A stretch of DNA of 59,194 bases, filler included. It is 4 parts of 4 records of this genome, joined end to end, with 100 filler letters (N's around TTAATTAATTAA, not from the genome) between each part and the next. Parts side by side here need not be neighbours in the genome. Positions count along the whole stretch, not along the records: positions 28,155 to 46,855 come from SRR31147125_4362; 3 more parts are not named here. The stretch is one strand, 5' to 3'. How positions within the stretch are numbered: the stretch's first letter is position 1; each line of letters begins with the position of its first letter. Under the pieces are notes generated by a model. It was not told the DNA's origin, did not search any database, and saw only the letters and a program-made list of their open reading frames with translations. The position numbers and the translations under genes were made by a program. Positions 28,351 to 39,965 of this stretch are shown in pieces.

Positions 28351-29769
28351 TCAATCAATAACCGGGATGAGGGTGACACCAACAGGAGGGTCAGGACTTG
28401 TTGTATCTGCAGTAGCATTTCTGACACCAACATCAAACATATACAAATCTGCCGATTGCCCGCCAAAAGTACTGCGAAAGAGTATTTTAGTCCCCTGCCT
28501 GTTTACCACAGCATCTGCCTGCCAATATTTTGAGGCTTTTCCGTCAACCTCTCTCGATCTATGATGCACCAACCTTCTTACTTTACCTGATCCATTAGTG
28601 GGAATTTCTACGATCTCCCCCCAAAACGGTGCCCACAGTTGTTCGGGATCATCAGAACGTGGAGAAAAAGACACATAAACATAATCCCCATTTGTGACAG
28701 AATTACAGGCTGTCATCATGGGGGCAGCCCACGAGGGCATTTCCTTTAATAACCGCATATTTCCGTCTGCCATACCAATTGAAATGACATCACCAGGATC
28801 TATACCCTGACTCTTAAAAAATTCCTTCACTCCAAATCCTGCCACAGAATAAACGACTTCTTCGCCAAAAGTATCAACACCGACTTCCCAATGAACAATA
28901 TCAGGATGAACCTGACGAATGAAATTCCATTCTCTGTCATATACCTCAATCCCATGATACCTTTCTAATGAGGGATCTGTTGTCCAGGAGACGATAATAT
29001 AATTCCCTTTTGGTGATACAGTTGCATAATCAACTCCGGTTGCACTCCCGTATGACCCCAAACTTCCCAGGTCAAAGGTACTCACAGGATATTTGATATC
29101 ATCAATCAGATCATAGACAAACAACTCATTACCGTCTCCGTCCAAACACCAGTATCTTCCATTATCAGAAATATCACCTTCACCACCTGCCGGACCAATC
29201 TCATTATATTCACTAAATGTTTTGATGACAGTAAATTCAGACATATCCCGTACGTCATAGAGCCGGATCTCATTACCTTCATATTTATAGAAACAAAAAA
29301 CAGGATCAAAAAAGACATACTGGCCATTTTTTGTATACCTGTCAGCAAGTGCCCAGCGTATCCACCAGGGCCGCATGGTATTCTCACCAATATAACTTTT
29401 ACGAGCTCCGGTATCACCATCGTAAAGATACGTAAAGAGCTTCTCAACACCATTCTCTTTTACGTTTTCCACCGCTAAAAACAAAGAACCGTCTGAATTA
29501 AAAACACATATTTCGCTATTGGAAAAATAGCCACCCAAAGCATTATCATATTCAGCACCACATGTTGTAATTCGGGATACCAGCGTTTGAAAAGCAGGAT
29601 CTGTATAAATTCCGCCCTTTTCTGATGGAGGTTGAAATGAATTATAATCCGGAGGCGAAATTGGGGTGTCACTGATAACTCCGTTTGTCTGTGCAAACAA
29701 CAAACGAGAAAAAACGACTATTAAAATTAGCATTTTATACATAATTTTAATTTTATTGTATATAAACAA
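28351..29769 (-). CDS. Secreted hypothetical protein, probable beta-propeller
   Basis: GGAGG then TTG 29769; signal peptide ending LLFA-Q; blade-like motifs FNSDGS, ISDNGRY, VSPKGNY, VNRQGTKILF. Confidence 0.6.
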   Translation of the reverse strand: MFIYNKIKIMYKMLILIVVFSRLLFAQTNGVISDTPISPPDYNSFQPPSEKGGIYTDPAFQTLVSRITTCGAEYDNALGGYFSNSEICVFNSDGSLFLAVENVKENGVEKLFTYLYDGDTGARKSYIGENTMRPWWIRWALADRYTKNGQYVFFDPVFCFYKYEGNEIRLYDVRDMSEFTVIKTFSEYNEIGPAGGEGDISDNGRYWCLDGDGNELFVYDLIDDIKYPVSTFDLGSLGSYGSATGVDYATVSPKGNYIIVSWTTDPSLERYHGIEVYDREWNFIRQVHPDIVHWEVGVDTFGEEVVYSVAGFGVKEFFKSQGIDPGDVISIGMADGNMRLLKEMPSWAAPMMTACNSVTNGDYVYVSFSPRSDDPEQLWAPFWGEIVEIPTNGSGKVRRLVHHRSREVDGKASKYWQADAVVNRQGTKILFRSTFGGQSADLYMFDVGVRNATADTTSPDPPVGVTLIPVID

Positions 29770-29802
29770 AAAAACCTCCATTCAAACAAAATCAGATCGT
29801 AC

Positions 29803-30627
29803 TTATTTCTTAAACCTGAAAATACGTTTTATATTACGGAAAAGCTCTTTGAATACCAGTGAAATATAAACTGTATTGCCAACAAGATATCTTTTCCACA
29901 ATCTTTTTGGTTCCTGAAGTAATCGATAAAACCATTCCAATCCATATTTTTGCATCCATACAGGCGCCCGCCTGGTTAAACCACTCAAGATATCAAAACT
30001 GCCTCCGACTCCGTGAATCACCGGGACATTTAATTCTCTTATGTGACTTCTCACCCATTTTTCCTTAAGAGGTGTACTCATGCCAACCAGTAAAATATCA
30101 GCATGAGCATTTGCAATCGCTTTTATGGCTTTTTCCTCTTCTTCCTGTGAATAAAAATATCCGTTCCTATACCCGGCTATCTCTATTTTCGGATATTCCG
30201 ATTTTAAACGTGCAACAGCATCTTCTATCACCTTTTGAGTGGCACCTAACAAATAAACCCGATAGCCCTTTTGAGCAGATAGTGCAAACAATCGATCCAT
30301 TAAATCTGTGCCATTTACCCGACCTGGTAACGATTTTGAAAGAAAATAGGATGCCCAAACAATGGGCACACCATCAGCTCCAACCAAATCAGCCGTACGA
30401 ATAATATGCGCGAGTTCATTATCCGATCGAGATTTGACAACTTTGGCAGCATTAACAAGTACGATATGCAAACGTTCTCTGTTGGCAATCGCATCCTCAA
30501 TTTGTTTAAGACACTCATCAAGGGTCATTCTATCCACGTTAAAACCAAATAGCTTTGACCGACCATTTTTGCGAGTCGCGGGTGTCTTGTGTGGCATAGT
30601 ATTTTCAATATGTTCTGATGTTTTCAT
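29803..30627 (-). CDS. WecB/TagA/CpsF family glycosyltransferase (GT26)
   Basis: ADGVPIVW, RVNGTDL, GVGGSFD, RAPVWMQKYGLEWFYRLLQEP. Confidence 0.93.
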   Translation of the reverse strand: MKTSEHIENTMPHKTPATRKNGRSKLFGFNVDRMTLDECLKQIEDAIANRERLHIVLVNAAKVVKSRSDNELAHIIRTADLVGADGVPIVWASYFLSKSLPGRVNGTDLMDRLFALSAQKGYRVYLLGATQKVIEDAVARLKSEYPKIEIAGYRNGYFYSQEEEEKAIKAIANAHADILLVGMSTPLKEKWVRSHIRELNVPVIHGVGGSFDILSGLTRRAPVWMQKYGLEWFYRLLQEPKRLWKRYLVGNTVYISLVFKELFRNIKRIFRFKK

Positions 30628-30642
30628 CCCCTGTCCCAGTCA

Positions 30643-31797
30643 TTAACTTTGTGTTAGCAGCTCATCATAAAGGTTTTGATGCTCCTGAATCATTGTTTTT
30701 TGCGAAAACTGCTCCCTTGCAAAATTCTTCGCATTTCGGCCTATTTCATTTAAAAAGACATTGTTACCAAGCAATTCAAGAATATTTTTAGCCAGTTCCT
30801 TGAAATTACCAGGCGGAACCAATAGCCCGTTAAATCCTGAAATAAAAAGTTCATTATTCCCGGGAATATTTGTGGCTATCGATGCTTTTCCAAGACTCAT
30901 GGCTTCAATGAGCGCATTGGAACAACCCTCGCTCTTACGTGATGGCAGCACAACAACATCCATCACATTTAAAAAATCAGCAACGTGTTCCTGATTACCA
31001 GTAAAAATAACAAAAGCTTCCAAATTCAGACTTTTTGCAAAGGATTTAACTTTACCTAATATCGGTCCGTCACCGACAAGTAAAAATCTCGTTTCCGGCT
31101 TTTGACTGATAACACATTCCGCTGCTTTTAAAAAATTATAAGGATCCTTCTGTGGAAACATACGCGCTATCATGCCGACTATCTGACAATAGGATGGAAT
31201 ATTGTATTCTTTCAATAAATCCTGAGGTTTATTAGTATTGGATAATCGGTTTTCATCAATCCCATTATATATCACCCGAGAGCGCGCTGCCGGTACGCCT
31301 CGGGAAACAACAAAACGTCTTCCCGCTTCGCTATTGGCAATGGTTATACTGCTATATTTTAATATTTTATTTTCCAGGAAATGATATATTCTGCTGCCCA
31401 AAGAGGAATATACCGGTTTTGAATTCCTTTCTGTCATAATCTTGCAAGGCACACGGTAACGGGCGGCTACAATCATCCCAAAAAACCGGGCTGATACATT
31501 ATAAGCTTGCAAGATATCAAATTTTTCGGTTTGTACAAGCCGGAACAAGTTGAGTAAAAAAGTAAAATCGAATGGACCTCTCTTATTCAGGCAAACAAGG
31601 CGGATATGAGGAACTTTTTCGAATTCACTTTTCAAATCTCCATGATTGTAAAAAAAAGCAACCGTGGCTTCAAACCGGTCTTTGTCCAGACCTTTCACAA
31701 GAGAAAGTAATTGTATTTCGGCTCCACCAGTCTGAAGTGATGGGATCAAATAAAGGATTCGTATTTTTCTTTTTTTTGACACACTTTTTATTGACAT
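30643..31797 (-). CDS. Glycosyltransferase family 4
   Basis: GGAEIQL, IYNGID, EGCSNALIEAM. Confidence 0.92.
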   Translation of the reverse strand: MSIKSVSKKRKIRILYLIPSLQTGGAEIQLLSLVKGLDKDRFEATVAFFYNHGDLKSEFEKVPHIRLVCLNKRGPFDFTFLLNLFRLVQTEKFDILQAYNVSARFFGMIVAARYRVPCKIMTERNSKPVYSSLGSRIYHFLENKILKYSSITIANSEAGRRFVVSRGVPAARSRVIYNGIDENRLSNTNKPQDLLKEYNIPSYCQIVGMIARMFPQKDPYNFLKAAECVISQKPETRFLLVGDGPILGKVKSFAKSLNLEAFVIFTGNQEHVADFLNVMDVVVLPSRKSEGCSNALIEAMSLGKASIATNIPGNNELFISGFNGLLVPPGNFKELAKNILELLGNNVFLNEIGRNAKNFAREQFSQKTMIQEHQNLYDELLTQS

Positions 31798-31846
31798 GTC
31801 ATCGTCACTTTGTCTTTAGATAATATAAACATGCTCATAGGAATTT

Positions 31847-33301
31847 TCAGGCATAACCCAGATCTTTCATTTTCTGCCATGTATCTTTGCTAAATCCGGG
31901 TTGAGTATCATCTGCCACATGCGGCTGCAATGACGCATTCCGTTTGTTAAGAGCCTTTTCAATCTTGTTAATCTGTTTATCATGACCATTATAAATATTA
32001 TTCTCTTCGCCTGGATCTGCTTTCAGATTGTAATACTCTCGTCTTCCATCAGAAGCCATTACGAACTTTTTATCGCACGTCCTGTAACAGCGTAAATCCC
32101 GAAGAAATTGTGAATAATCCTTTAATCCTAATGTATTATTTCTATTAACCCATCTTTTCACCATTTTCTCGGGATTAAAAGATTCTGTATACGTTGCTTC
32201 CCTGCTCGCACCATTCAAAAAGGATTGTCCCTGCTCATAATCTTGATAGCACCACGTTATCCCCAATCCTTCCAAAAGAGTCGGAACAATATCATTCGTT
32301 TGCACAAGATTATTTAAAAGGTCCCCTTTTTTAAACCATTCAGGAAATCGGATGAAAAGAGGAACCCTTATCAATGGATCATATAGGCAGAAAGCATGCC
32401 AAATATATCCATTCTCGCCCATGCACTCCCCATGATCCGCAGTAACAATGACGATCGTTTCATCAAGTACATTTTCCTGTCGCAAAAATTGAAATAATCT
32501 GCCAAGTCGCCAATCAATATAGGCTATTTCTCCATCATACAGATCCTGATAATGCTGCATCTGTTGTTCGGTAATTTCAACAGTTCCGCCATAATAACCA
32601 ATATGATCAAAATCAAGATAACGCAGGGATTCTTTTAATGAACCATTAAAAAATCGCTGCCGAAAAGGTGTCGGAGGAAAATAGATCGAATGCGGCTCCT
32701 GGTAATGAATAAAAGCAAAAAAAGGTGTAGATTTGTTATGCCCTTTGAACCATTGCAAAAAAGCATTCTCTGTTTGAAAGGCACCATCATCTCTTGTCAG
32801 GGCATTCTTTTTATTAAAAACATCCAGGACATCCTTTATTTGATACCTGGAGCGCAAAGACAGTTTCTGTTTCAATGATGGAAGATAATTTACTGTCTTT
32901 GGGTCCTTCGGTTCAGGCGTTATTTTTTTTGCTTTACCGCGATACCAGTAATTCATATAGCCCCGGGTTAAGCCTGTTTCAGGTGTGATATATATATTGT
33001 TAGACAAACAAAGAGTATGGTAACCCTTTTGCTGAAGAATACTGGCAATAGTCTCAACATCCTCATCCAGATAATATCTTAAATTTGTATAACCATGACT
33101 TGTCGGATAAAGGCCGGTCAAAATAGAAGCAATGGCAGCGCCAGTCCAATTAGCAGGTGCAATCGCATTCTCAAACAAAATCCCTTCTGTGGATAATTTA
33201 TCCAAATTAGGACTCGTTTCACGATGATATCCATATGCTGAGAGATTCGTTGATCGTAGACTATCAATACTAATGAGTAATATATTAGGCCATTTTCCCA
33301 T
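31847..33301 (-). CDS. Sulfatase-like hydrolase/transferase (alkaline phosphatase superfamily)
   Basis: NILLISIDSLR, NWTGAAIASILTGLYP, HYQEPH, TADHGE, C-terminal DLGY. Confidence 0.88.
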   Translation of the reverse strand: MGKWPNILLISIDSLRSTNLSAYGYHRETSPNLDKLSTEGILFENAIAPANWTGAAIASILTGLYPTSHGYTNLRYYLDEDVETIASILQQKGYHTLCLSNNIYITPETGLTRGYMNYWYRGKAKKITPEPKDPKTVNYLPSLKQKLSLRSRYQIKDVLDVFNKKNALTRDDGAFQTENAFLQWFKGHNKSTPFFAFIHYQEPHSIYFPPTPFRQRFFNGSLKESLRYLDFDHIGYYGGTVEITEQQMQHYQDLYDGEIAYIDWRLGRLFQFLRQENVLDETIVIVTADHGECMGENGYIWHAFCLYDPLIRVPLFIRFPEWFKKGDLLNNLVQTNDIVPTLLEGLGITWCYQDYEQGQSFLNGASREATYTESFNPEKMVKRWVNRNNTLGLKDYSQFLRDLRCYRTCDKKFVMASDGRREYYNLKADPGEENNIYNGHDKQINKIEKALNKRNASLQPHVADDTQPGFSKDTWQKMKDLGYA

Positions 33302-33362
33302 AAATCATTTCCGTTTTATCAAGTCGCAGGTTAACATGTCATATATCTTTTGCGACCTATCT

Positions 33363-34595
33363 TTATGCTTTTCGAACATTATTATTACTTACAAAATCAA
33401 TTATATTTGCAGCCCGTTTATCCCATGTAAAACTTTCAACTTCTTTACGGGCATTGCCGGCCACTCTTTGAGCGAGCTCTTTGTCAGCCAACACATTCTT
33501 TATTGCATTAGATAAAGAATGGGCATCAGCCGGGGGTACCAGAACGGCATTTTCATTATGTCTTAATATCTCTCTTAACACAGGCATATCACTGGCAATA
33601 ATGGGCCGGCTTGAAGCCATATATTCGAACAATTTGAGGGGAGATGTATAGTGACAGATGGCGCTGCCATCTGTATTGGGTAAAACCACCACATCAGCTG
33701 CATCCTGGTATAAAGACACGCATTTGGGCGATACAAATCCGGAAAATTTTACATTATTCGGCTTTTGTATACGAATCTCTTTTTTTAATTCCCAAATATT
33801 ATCCATTGGTCCACCAACGACCAGAAACAGTGTATTCTCATCAAAATAAGAAGCAGCATGAACAAAATGTTCGACACCTTTACCCGGCAATATCTGCCCG
33901 GTATAAAGGATTACATTTTTATATGCTTTATCAAGATTCAACCTTTCACGGGCCTCTTGCTTACAAAACCGTGAATTAACGAGCTTTTCTCTACGCACAC
34001 CATCAGGAAAAACATGAATCTTTTTCGGATCTATCGAATGCGTTTTTCTCAGTGTATGTTTTAGCGCATGCGAAATCGTGACGATATAATCAGAGTCGCG
34101 CAGAACACGATCAAAAAAGGATTGTGGTTGTTGTTGGTATGAATGCACCTCAAACACAATACGTACAGGTTTGTTTCGTAACCACATTTTTTTGTGCTGT
34201 AAAAAAACGATAGCGGCATTTACATTTCTCGAATATATGACCGTTTCATGATTAAACAATCCTCTTAAAAGTCCAATTTTTATAAAACCAGACGTAGCCA
34301 AAAGCGTACTAGCGCCTCCAACATATGGAATTCTAGCCTTTTTAATACCCAACGCGTCCAGGTCAAACTTGCTCAGGTTCAACAGACTTGGTATTGAAAT
34401 AATGTCAAATACGTTCTCCACCCCATAAAAATCATAAATATCCTGTTTCTGCTGATGGACTGAATCATAAAAATACGGCCTGACAAGTGAAACATGCATT
34501 CCCAGGTTAGCAAAGGCCTCACACATGTTCACCTGTTGGATGGTACAGGCAGAAGAGCTGGGAATTTTTTCATTTGTAAAATATAATAGTTGCAT
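33363..34595 (-). CDS. Glycosyltransferase family 4
   Basis: QQVNMCEAF, PDGV, SPLKLFEYMAS. Confidence 0.9.
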   Translation of the reverse strand: MQLLYFTNEKIPSSSACTIQQVNMCEAFANLGMHVSLVRPYFYDSVHQQKQDIYDFYGVENVFDIISIPSLLNLSKFDLDALGIKKARIPYVGGASTLLATSGFIKIGLLRGLFNHETVIYSRNVNAAIVFLQHKKMWLRNKPVRIVFEVHSYQQQPQSFFDRVLRDSDYIVTISHALKHTLRKTHSIDPKKIHVFPDGVRREKLVNSRFCKQEARERLNLDKAYKNVILYTGQILPGKGVEHFVHAASYFDENTLFLVVGGPMDNIWELKKEIRIQKPNNVKFSGFVSPKCVSLYQDAADVVVLPNTDGSAICHYTSPLKLFEYMASSRPIIASDMPVLREILRHNENAVLVPPADAHSLSNAIKNVLADKELAQRVAGNARKEVESFTWDKRAANIIDFVSNNNVRKA

Positions 34596-34625
34596 AACAG
34601 CTCATTATTTTATGTGTGTCAGGTT

Positions 34626-35857
34626 TCATTTTACAGATATGGATGACGTTTTCGTAAGAACAGGACTTTTCTGAAATTTATTTACAATGAAATAACTGCC
34701 TAAAACACGCGTGCCAAACAAGATTAGCAATGCCAGACCAACACCATACACACCGAATTTCCCGATAAAAACATACAAAACGACAATATAAAGGACCATT
34801 GTGAAAATGGTTATAACTAAATGATAATGAAGTGCTTTGTTTTCCAACCTGCCAATTATCCAACTGGAAAACAGACTATAAAATAATCGGAGAACTCCCA
34901 CGACTGCCAGTAAACGAAGTAGAGAAGCACCATTGTTATACTTTCCTCTATACAAAACATCCAAAATGGATTCAGCTGCAAAGAAATAAAATAAGAGCAG
35001 AAATAATGCCATAAATGCCACACCAAGACACAACCATTGAAAACGCACATGTTTATTTTTACCAAATTCAGGCACCCAGACATATTTTGCTGCCCGGGTT
35101 AAAATGGCAAACACCTGAACCGGCACTACCGTTGCAGTATAAAGGGCCAACGCTTCATAATTTAACATTTTAGCGATAAAAAGACCGTCTACATAACTCA
35201 TAATGGCTATACAGCCTTCAATGCCGGCTAAAACAAGACCGGTACGGTGCATCTCATTTGGTACAATCCCGGAGCCAGTGGGAATCCTTTTAAGGTATAC
35301 CAGACGTTTAAAACACTGGTCAGGACAATAACAAACACATAACAGTAAATAGCAATAACACTTGTTATTTTTGTAATAGTATAGACGAATAATAAAAAAA
35401 TAATAAACAGGCCACGAAAGCCGCTGTTCATTAATATCGCCTGTTTATAAAGACCCTGGCTGCGAACAAGATTGGACAAAAACAAACTCGTGCAATAGGA
35501 AATCGTCGCAATGAATAATGCGATTATTTTTACAGTATTTAACCGAAAAGAAAAGTATGCCAGGACAACAAAAACACTAATGAGTAAAATAGAAACACGC
35601 ATAATTTTCCGGAAAGCGATATCCCATCGATATTGTGTAACATCCAGATTGCTAAAATATCGTGCTGCTGCAATTCCCTGACCCCATATCGCCAGTGTTG
35701 ACATCAATAAAATCAGTGTTCGCAAAAGACCAAACTCCCCAAACTCAACCGGGCTTAGAATGTTTGCCAACAAAAGCGACGAAAGCGAAGCCAGGGCCAT
35801 AATGGCTGTGAGGATAAACGAGACGCCTCCTATATTTACAACCATTTTTTTTAACAT
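34626..35857 (-). CDS. Wzx-type oligosaccharide flippase, split by a frameshift near 35288-35291
   Basis: LANILSPVEFGEF N-terminus; two consecutive hydrophobic ORFs join with one extra A (LKRIPTGSGIVPNEMHRTG); C-terminal FGVYGVGLA. Confidence 0.78.
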
Positions 35858-35896
35858 GATAAAATCACTTTTCTCACTTTGAAATAACGAAACACA

Positions 35897-37366
35897 TCAC
35901 GATTCCTGCACATGTGAAACATTGCCTGAGTTTTCGCAGTCAATGAGATAAGTAGCAACAGACATGGCCATTAAAAAATAATAAAACTGGTTGCCACCAG
36001 GAATATGCTTATCAACTATACCATGTAACAAAAATCCGGCAAAGCCGGCAAAAAGACAGGTGGAGATAACAGATAACAAATCGTCCCTGGATTTTGTCCC
36101 CATATAGTTAGTACGCATAATGGCAAAGACCAGCCACAAGAATGAAATTAAACCGATGAATCCGGTCTCACCGGTAATCAACAAATAGATGTTGTGCACG
36201 GGCCTTCTCATCGTTCCAAACCTTCTGCCCAAAATGGTATTATCATGCTCCTGCATAACAACCGCATAATTATTGACGCCTACACCACCTATGGGATGGG
36301 CTTCTATCACTGAAAAAGCAATTTGAAACATAGGTATGCGACTGATTGCCGAACCATGATCATCGCCAAAAAGCCGCTGTTCAATGGATTCTGAAAAAAC
36401 CGTAACGACCAGGGTGAAACAAAATAACAAAAAAAATACGGTCCGAAATAAAGTCCCAAACCCGATCCGCTTGTTTACGATGAGAAAGTAAAAAATAATA
36501 CAAAGGGAAAAAATCAATGCAATCCATCCGCCTCTGGATCCGGTCATAATCATCGCTGCCGTACCTAACCCGAACACACACAGAGCAGCACCACGATAAA
36601 GCTTTCTTTTTTCTATAAAAAAAACACCGAGCACCATTGGTAATAAAAGCTCAAGAAACATGGCAAGTCGATTGGGATGTCCGAGCGTTCCTCCGGCACG
36701 GGCCATTTGGCTTGCATCGCGTTCTCTGACTTGAATTTCCCCTAAAAAATCCAATGCGAGAGATTTACCCATAAATATCTGCAAAGATGCCAAAATCGCT
36801 TCAAAGGCGACAATAGCGACCAGAGCCCACATAACAAGCCGAAGATCCTGGCGCGAACGAATATGGTTTATTAATAACAAATAAAGCAGCAAAACCTTGA
36901 ACATCTGCACCAGTTCCATTGTGGCCAGATCCATTCGTGGAGCCCACAAAAGGGTGAGGAGGCATACCTCCAGATAAATAATAGCCGGAAATGTAATCTG
37001 AGCGTAAAACCGAACAGGAGGAGCATGTCGGGTGGCAATCTCGATAATCCACCAGAGCAACAGCAGAATAACAAATATATCACGAAGTGCAATCCCCATA
37101 GTATGCGCCCCGGCCTGATTTTCCATTTTATGCATAAAATTCAAATCAATAAGAAGCGGTAATGAAATAACAGTCAACACTAACAGGTAACGCCGTATGT
37201 CACCTATAATCAGAGCTGTAAACGGAAATAGCATGGCCAGCAAAAATACGGTCATAAAATGGTAGGGTAGATCGGCAACATATATAATGGCACAACCCAG
37301 ACCAGCACCCAACATAATAAAAAGCACAAACTGCAATGAAACTATTTTATGAGATGTAATCTTCAA
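35897..37366 (-). CDS. O-antigen ligase / Wzy polymerase family protein
   Basis: RAGGTLGHPN, TGSRGGW, HPIGGVG, VHNIYLLITGETG. Confidence 0.88.
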   Translation of the reverse strand: MKITSHKIVSLQFVLFIMLGAGLGCAIIYVADLPYHFMTVFLLAMLFPFTALIIGDIRRYLLVLTVISLPLLIDLNFMHKMENQAGAHTMGIALRDIFVILLLLWWIIEIATRHAPPVRFYAQITFPAIIYLEVCLLTLLWAPRMDLATMELVQMFKVLLLYLLLINHIRSRQDLRLVMWALVAIVAFEAILASLQIFMGKSLALDFLGEIQVRERDASQMARAGGTLGHPNRLAMFLELLLPMVLGVFFIEKRKLYRGAALCVFGLGTAAMIMTGSRGGWIALIFSLCIIFYFLIVNKRIGFGTLFRTVFFLLFCFTLVVTVFSESIEQRLFGDDHGSAISRIPMFQIAFSVIEAHPIGGVGVNNYAVVMQEHDNTILGRRFGTMRRPVHNIYLLITGETGFIGLISFLWLVFAIMRTNYMGTKSRDDLLSVISTCLFAGFAGFLLHGIVDKHIPGGNQFYYFLMAMSVATYLIDCENSGNVSHVQES

Positions 37367-37493
37367 TTTATTTTAATTTACCATTTTAAATTCAAAAAGA
37401 TCTTAAGCACGTAAATTATTTCTGATTATTTTTACAATGTACTAACTACAATCTATTTATGGGCTTTTTGGGAAAAAATTCACATTTTCCCTT

Positions 37494-38849
37494 CTATTTC
37501 AGATTGGGAACAGCTTTTTTTATTTTGTGTAACTGTTGCAGGAAAGGCAATCTCCACAAATTATAGATACCGACTGCAGCAAGAATGACGATATAAGGCT
37601 CAACAGGTATCCGATATCTGACTTCAGAGTAAATCATTGAATATCCTGTCGAAAGGCCAAAAATAGTCAATAACATCAAACTCGTAAATGGAGAAAACAA
37701 ATCCGAATAAAACAGGCCAATAATCGCCAATAAAAACAGAGGTGCGATAATCAAAATACTGATGATTTTAACATAACGCCACATAACATTTTTTCCCATA
37801 ACCATCCGATTATCATCAGCATGAATCGTTTTTCGATACTCAGATTTTTTTGTATCAAGACGATCAGGATAGAGTGCCCAAAAATGTCGCATCTCTGTTC
37901 CTAAATGTTTGAGTGTGCTTGTCGGATTTTTCACATAATGCAAAACAAGATTCAAGACAGAATCTTTACTGGTCCCGGTCGGATGATCCCTTCTGTACGC
38001 ATCTGTTTTCTTGAAACCATTTTGTACCTCTCTTTCCTGTTCGCTCAAATCGGACAAATTGGGTAACACAGTATGAGGTAAGGGCTGCACTAATGTCAGG
38101 CGCTCATATTTTTGATAATTTCTCAGGGTCCATGGAGATAAAAACAGGGAAAAAACAAAAATAAAGACAGCCACATCTGCCAACTTGTCAGCCATCCGTT
38201 TTTTATTAAAAACGAATATCCATAATATCCAGAAAGGAAGAATAAAAAACATAGATGGCACGGTCAGTGATCCCAGGGCCGCAAAAAATGCACTCAGCGA
38301 CATATATAAAAAATGACTTTTTCTATTAACTCTTAAAACAAAATAAAAAGCTAACGCCAAAAAGAGCATAAACGTATGGGTTGGGTACAAAAGCCCTGTC
38401 AAAAAGATAAAATGAGGAAAAACGGCTGATAAAAAACAGGCCAGCCCTGCGACAGCGGCAGAATATTTTTCTCTGACAATTCCATATACCAGATAACAGA
38501 GCAAAACCCCTAAAAGGGCTTCCACTATTCTTACTATCAAAAAAGATGTTCCAAACACACAATAAATGCCCGCCATAATCAGAGGATAAAGCGGAGCGCG
38601 ATTATATTTTTCACCAAATCCTTCACCAGCCAAAAGATGCTTTGCCGCTCCATCATAATGCCGGGTATCGCTGAAATAGTATCCGTCAGGATTTAAGACC
38701 GACACAAAAACGATCCGAATGACAAGTGCTAAAAACAGAATAGTGAGTAATGTATTTTTATCACTTTCCCTTATCCAGTGCCACATGTTTACAATTCTAT
38801 GTTTCAAAAATAATCCGGATTTTTTCATCGTTTTATCGATTATTTGCAA
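37494..38849 (-). CDS. ArnT/PMT-like (GT-C) lipid-phosphate-sugar-dependent glycosyltransferase
   Basis: DTRHYD...RAPLYP, LSPWTLRNY, RYRIPVEP; multi-TM; exact start uncertain. Confidence 0.78.
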   Translation of the reverse strand: MQIIDKTMKKSGLFLKHRIVNMWHWIRESDKNTLLTILFLALVIRIVFVSVLNPDGYYFSDTRHYDGAAKHLLAGEGFGEKYNRAPLYPLIMAGIYCVFGTSFLIVRIVEALLGVLLCYLVYGIVREKYSAAVAGLACFLSAVFPHFIFLTGLLYPTHTFMLFLALAFYFVLRVNRKSHFLYMSLSAFFAALGSLTVPSMFFILPFWILWIFVFNKKRMADKLADVAVFIFVFSLFLSPWTLRNYQKYERLTLVQPLPHTVLPNLSDLSEQEREVQNGFKKTDAYRRDHPTGTSKDSVLNLVLHYVKNPTSTLKHLGTEMRHFWALYPDRLDTKKSEYRKTIHADDNRMVMGKNVMWRYVKIISILIIAPLFLLAIIGLFYSDLFSPFTSLMLLTIFGLSTGYSMIYSEVRYRIPVEPYIVILAAVGIYNLWRLPFLQQLHKIKKAVPNLK

Positions 38850-39868
38850 TTAAATGCTGCTGCGACTCGAGCCTATATAATTCTCTTTTTTTAAACAGTC
38901 CATACCATTGACCCAGCCCATAAGAAAAATGGGTTCCGATATAGAGCACGAACAAATGAGCTATATATTTAATATTTTTAACTTTAATACATTCGCCCAC
39001 ACTCAGAATGGATATCACTGCAAGATAGATCAAGAGTGGAAAAAAATAAAATTGTTTTAAAAAACAACATAGCCGATATTACAGAAAGCAAAAGAACCAT
39101 AGGCAAAAACAAGACTGGCTCAATTTTAGATGGATGCTTCAACATTAACCATGTTCGGCCATATCCATAAACAAACATGTTTTTAAACCAGGTAGCAAAA
39201 GTCGGACGCATGTTATGTACAACTGGGGCATCTTTTAAATAATAATAATAATAACCATGCTCCTGTAAACGATAACTCAAATCCTGATCTTCACCAATAT
39301 TGCCAAATGTGATATCAAAACCGCCCATACGCAAAATCCTTGGTTTATGAAAAAAAACATTTAAGGTTGGTATATGGGTTACAGCCTTGTCCAAATCAAA
39401 TCTTTTACCCTGTACAGAGCCATGACTGCCCAGATAGGTATTTAAGAAAAGATACAACACGTCATAAAAACAGGATGAATTTAACGGCGGGTTATTGGAA
39501 CCCCCAACTCCGATCACATTCGGATCGGACATGTGGTATTGCTGGTAACCATCAGTAAGCTTTTGCAGCCAGTTTTCCGGAACAATACAATCCGCATCAG
39601 TGAAAGCAATATACTCATACCTTGATTTCAATAATCCAAAATTTCGACTTCCGGCAATTCCTTTGTCCGAATTTATTTCAAGGTGAATATTCAGATACTC
39701 ACTTTTGTATTTTTTAATAATGTCCTGCGTTCCATCTGTCGAGCCATTATCAATAAAAAGGATCTCATAAAATTCCCGTGGATAATTTTGCTGCAATAGT
39801 GATAAAATACATTGCTCAATATTATCTTTTTCATTAAAACAGACAACCACGACTGACACATTGAGCAT
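38833..39868 (-). CDS. Glycosyltransferase family 2 with C-terminal TMs, split by a frameshift near 39040-39046
   Basis: IDNGSTD, FTDAD, GEDQDL, YGYGR; C-terminal THFSYGLG lies in ORF 38833-39033. Confidence 0.85.
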
Positions 39869-39965
39869 AAATCAACACCTCTTTTCCATCCATGATTTTT
39901 ATCATCAGGTCAAATGAAATCCTCTGGTGTTACAATTTCAGGATTTGAATCTATTTATTCGTTGC

